IMG/VR virus record: IMGVR_UViG_3300033076_001042
Location: 1 to 25,234 of that record
Source of the DNA: a virus
Taxonomy: Duplodnaviria > Caudoviricetes
Length of the DNA: 25,234 nucleotides
Direction: 5' to 3' (one strand)
The position numbers were made by a program, and so were the translations under genes. Position 1 is the stretch's first letter, and each line of letters begins with the position of its first letter. This document shows, in pieces, positions 24,481-25,234 of this stretch. Under the pieces are notes generated by a model. The model was not told the origin of the DNA and searched no databases. It worked only from the letters and a program-made list of their open reading frames with translations.

Positions 24481-25234
24481 ATGGTGGAGTTCAACTTCTT
24501 CGCAGGTGGCGGCCCTTCCGAGGGGCTCTCGTCGCTTCTCGCGCAGTCGGTGCAAGGCGCGCAGCAGAACGCCGCGCTCCGCTCTGCCGCCGTTGGGCAG
24601 GGGTTGCAGACCGCGCTCTCCGGCTTGCAGTCGGGACTTGCGATGCGAGACGCGACGCTCCGTGAGGATGCCGCGCGCCGTTTCGCCGAGAAGATGGCCG
24701 ACGCGAATCGTCGCGCCGACTCTGCGTTGCAGCAAGCGAACCTCGACTTCCAACGCCAGCAGCAAGAGCGTGAGCAGGAGTTCAGCGCCGGACAGAACGC
24801 ACTGAATCGTTCGCTCGACGAAGAAAACGCGCGGCGTGCGCGGTCGATGGAGCTGTTGCAGATCCTCGGACGCATGGGAGAAGCCGCCGCTGGGCAGGGC
24901 TTCCCCGTGCCGGAGTTGACGCGACGCCTGATGGAGTTCGGCGGTTCGCTGCCCGGGATGCCTGTGGGGACAATGACGAGCGGACAACAGGGGCTTCCTG
25001 GCGTCCCGGGCGGCTTTTTCCCAGACCCTCAGGGGACACAAGACCCGATCAACCTTGCTTTGCGTCAGGGCGAATACCAAAGCCTGATCGGCGGTGGAGG
25101 TAGCGGCTCTGACCCGTTCGGTGGGATGCAGCCGATGCCGCAGCCGCCGAGCGTCGAGCAGCAACGCTTCGAGTACCAGCGTTCCCGCGACCAGCTATCC
25201 GATCAGGAAAAGCAGCAAGTGTCGTCGGCCGCGC
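24481..25234 (+). CDS. Internal virion / DNA ejection protein, truncated at window end
   Basis: Open from ATG 24481 (MVEFNFFAGGGPSEGLSSLLAQSVQGAQQ...) to the window edge, with Q/A-rich coiled coil. Absent from the ORF track because it has no stop in the window. Confidence 0.75.
   Translation, partial: MVEFNFFAGGGPSEGLSSLLAQSVQGAQQNAALRSAAVGQGLQTALSGLQSGLAMRDATLREDAARRFAEKMADANRRADSALQQANLDFQRQQQEREQEFSAGQNALNRSLDEENARRARSMELLQILGRMGEAAAGQGFPVPELTRRLMEFGGSLPGMPVGTMTSGQQGLPGVPGGFFPDPQGTQDPINLALRQGEYQSLIGGGGSGSDPFGGMQPMPQPPSVEQQRFEYQRSRDQLSDQEKQQVSSAA

Larger units (their letters stand above)
1..25234. mobile_element. Tailed dsDNA bacteriophage genome segment, podovirus-like
   Basis: Gene order terminase-portal-scaffold-major capsid-adaptor-nozzle-ejection proteins, dense start/stop overlaps, no host housekeeping genes and no tape measure in the window. 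Confidence 0.95.

Noticed and set aside
1-25234. CRISPR array, tRNA, integrase/att site, diversity-generating retroelement, alternative genetic code
   Set aside because: I saw no regularly spaced repeats, cloverleaf, recombinase or reverse transcriptase. Genes tile densely under the standard code.

Overview
This 25 kb, GC-rich window is a segment of a tailed dsDNA bacteriophage (Caudoviricetes) with podovirus-type architecture, and no host genes are recognisable. From left to right it holds: a hairpin-dense non-coding region; a small Zn-finger gene and a convergent coiled-coil gene with a structured 3' region; a translationally coupled operon of tiny proteins and membrane peptides ending in an intact, signal-peptide-bearing formylglycine-type sulfatase and a lipoprotein; an inverted three-gene replication-like cassette; and a structured intergenic region with a candidate small RNA. 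The morphogenesis module follows: a terminase large subunit split into separate ATPase and nuclease genes, portal, scaffold, major capsid, decoration-like protein, head-tail adaptor, a 2565-aa tail nozzle with LamG-like insertions, a tail-associated protein and two ejection-type proteins, the last truncated. No tRNA, CRISPR, integrase, tape measure or recognisable small terminase was seen. All product calls come from motif recognition and synteny, not from database searches.
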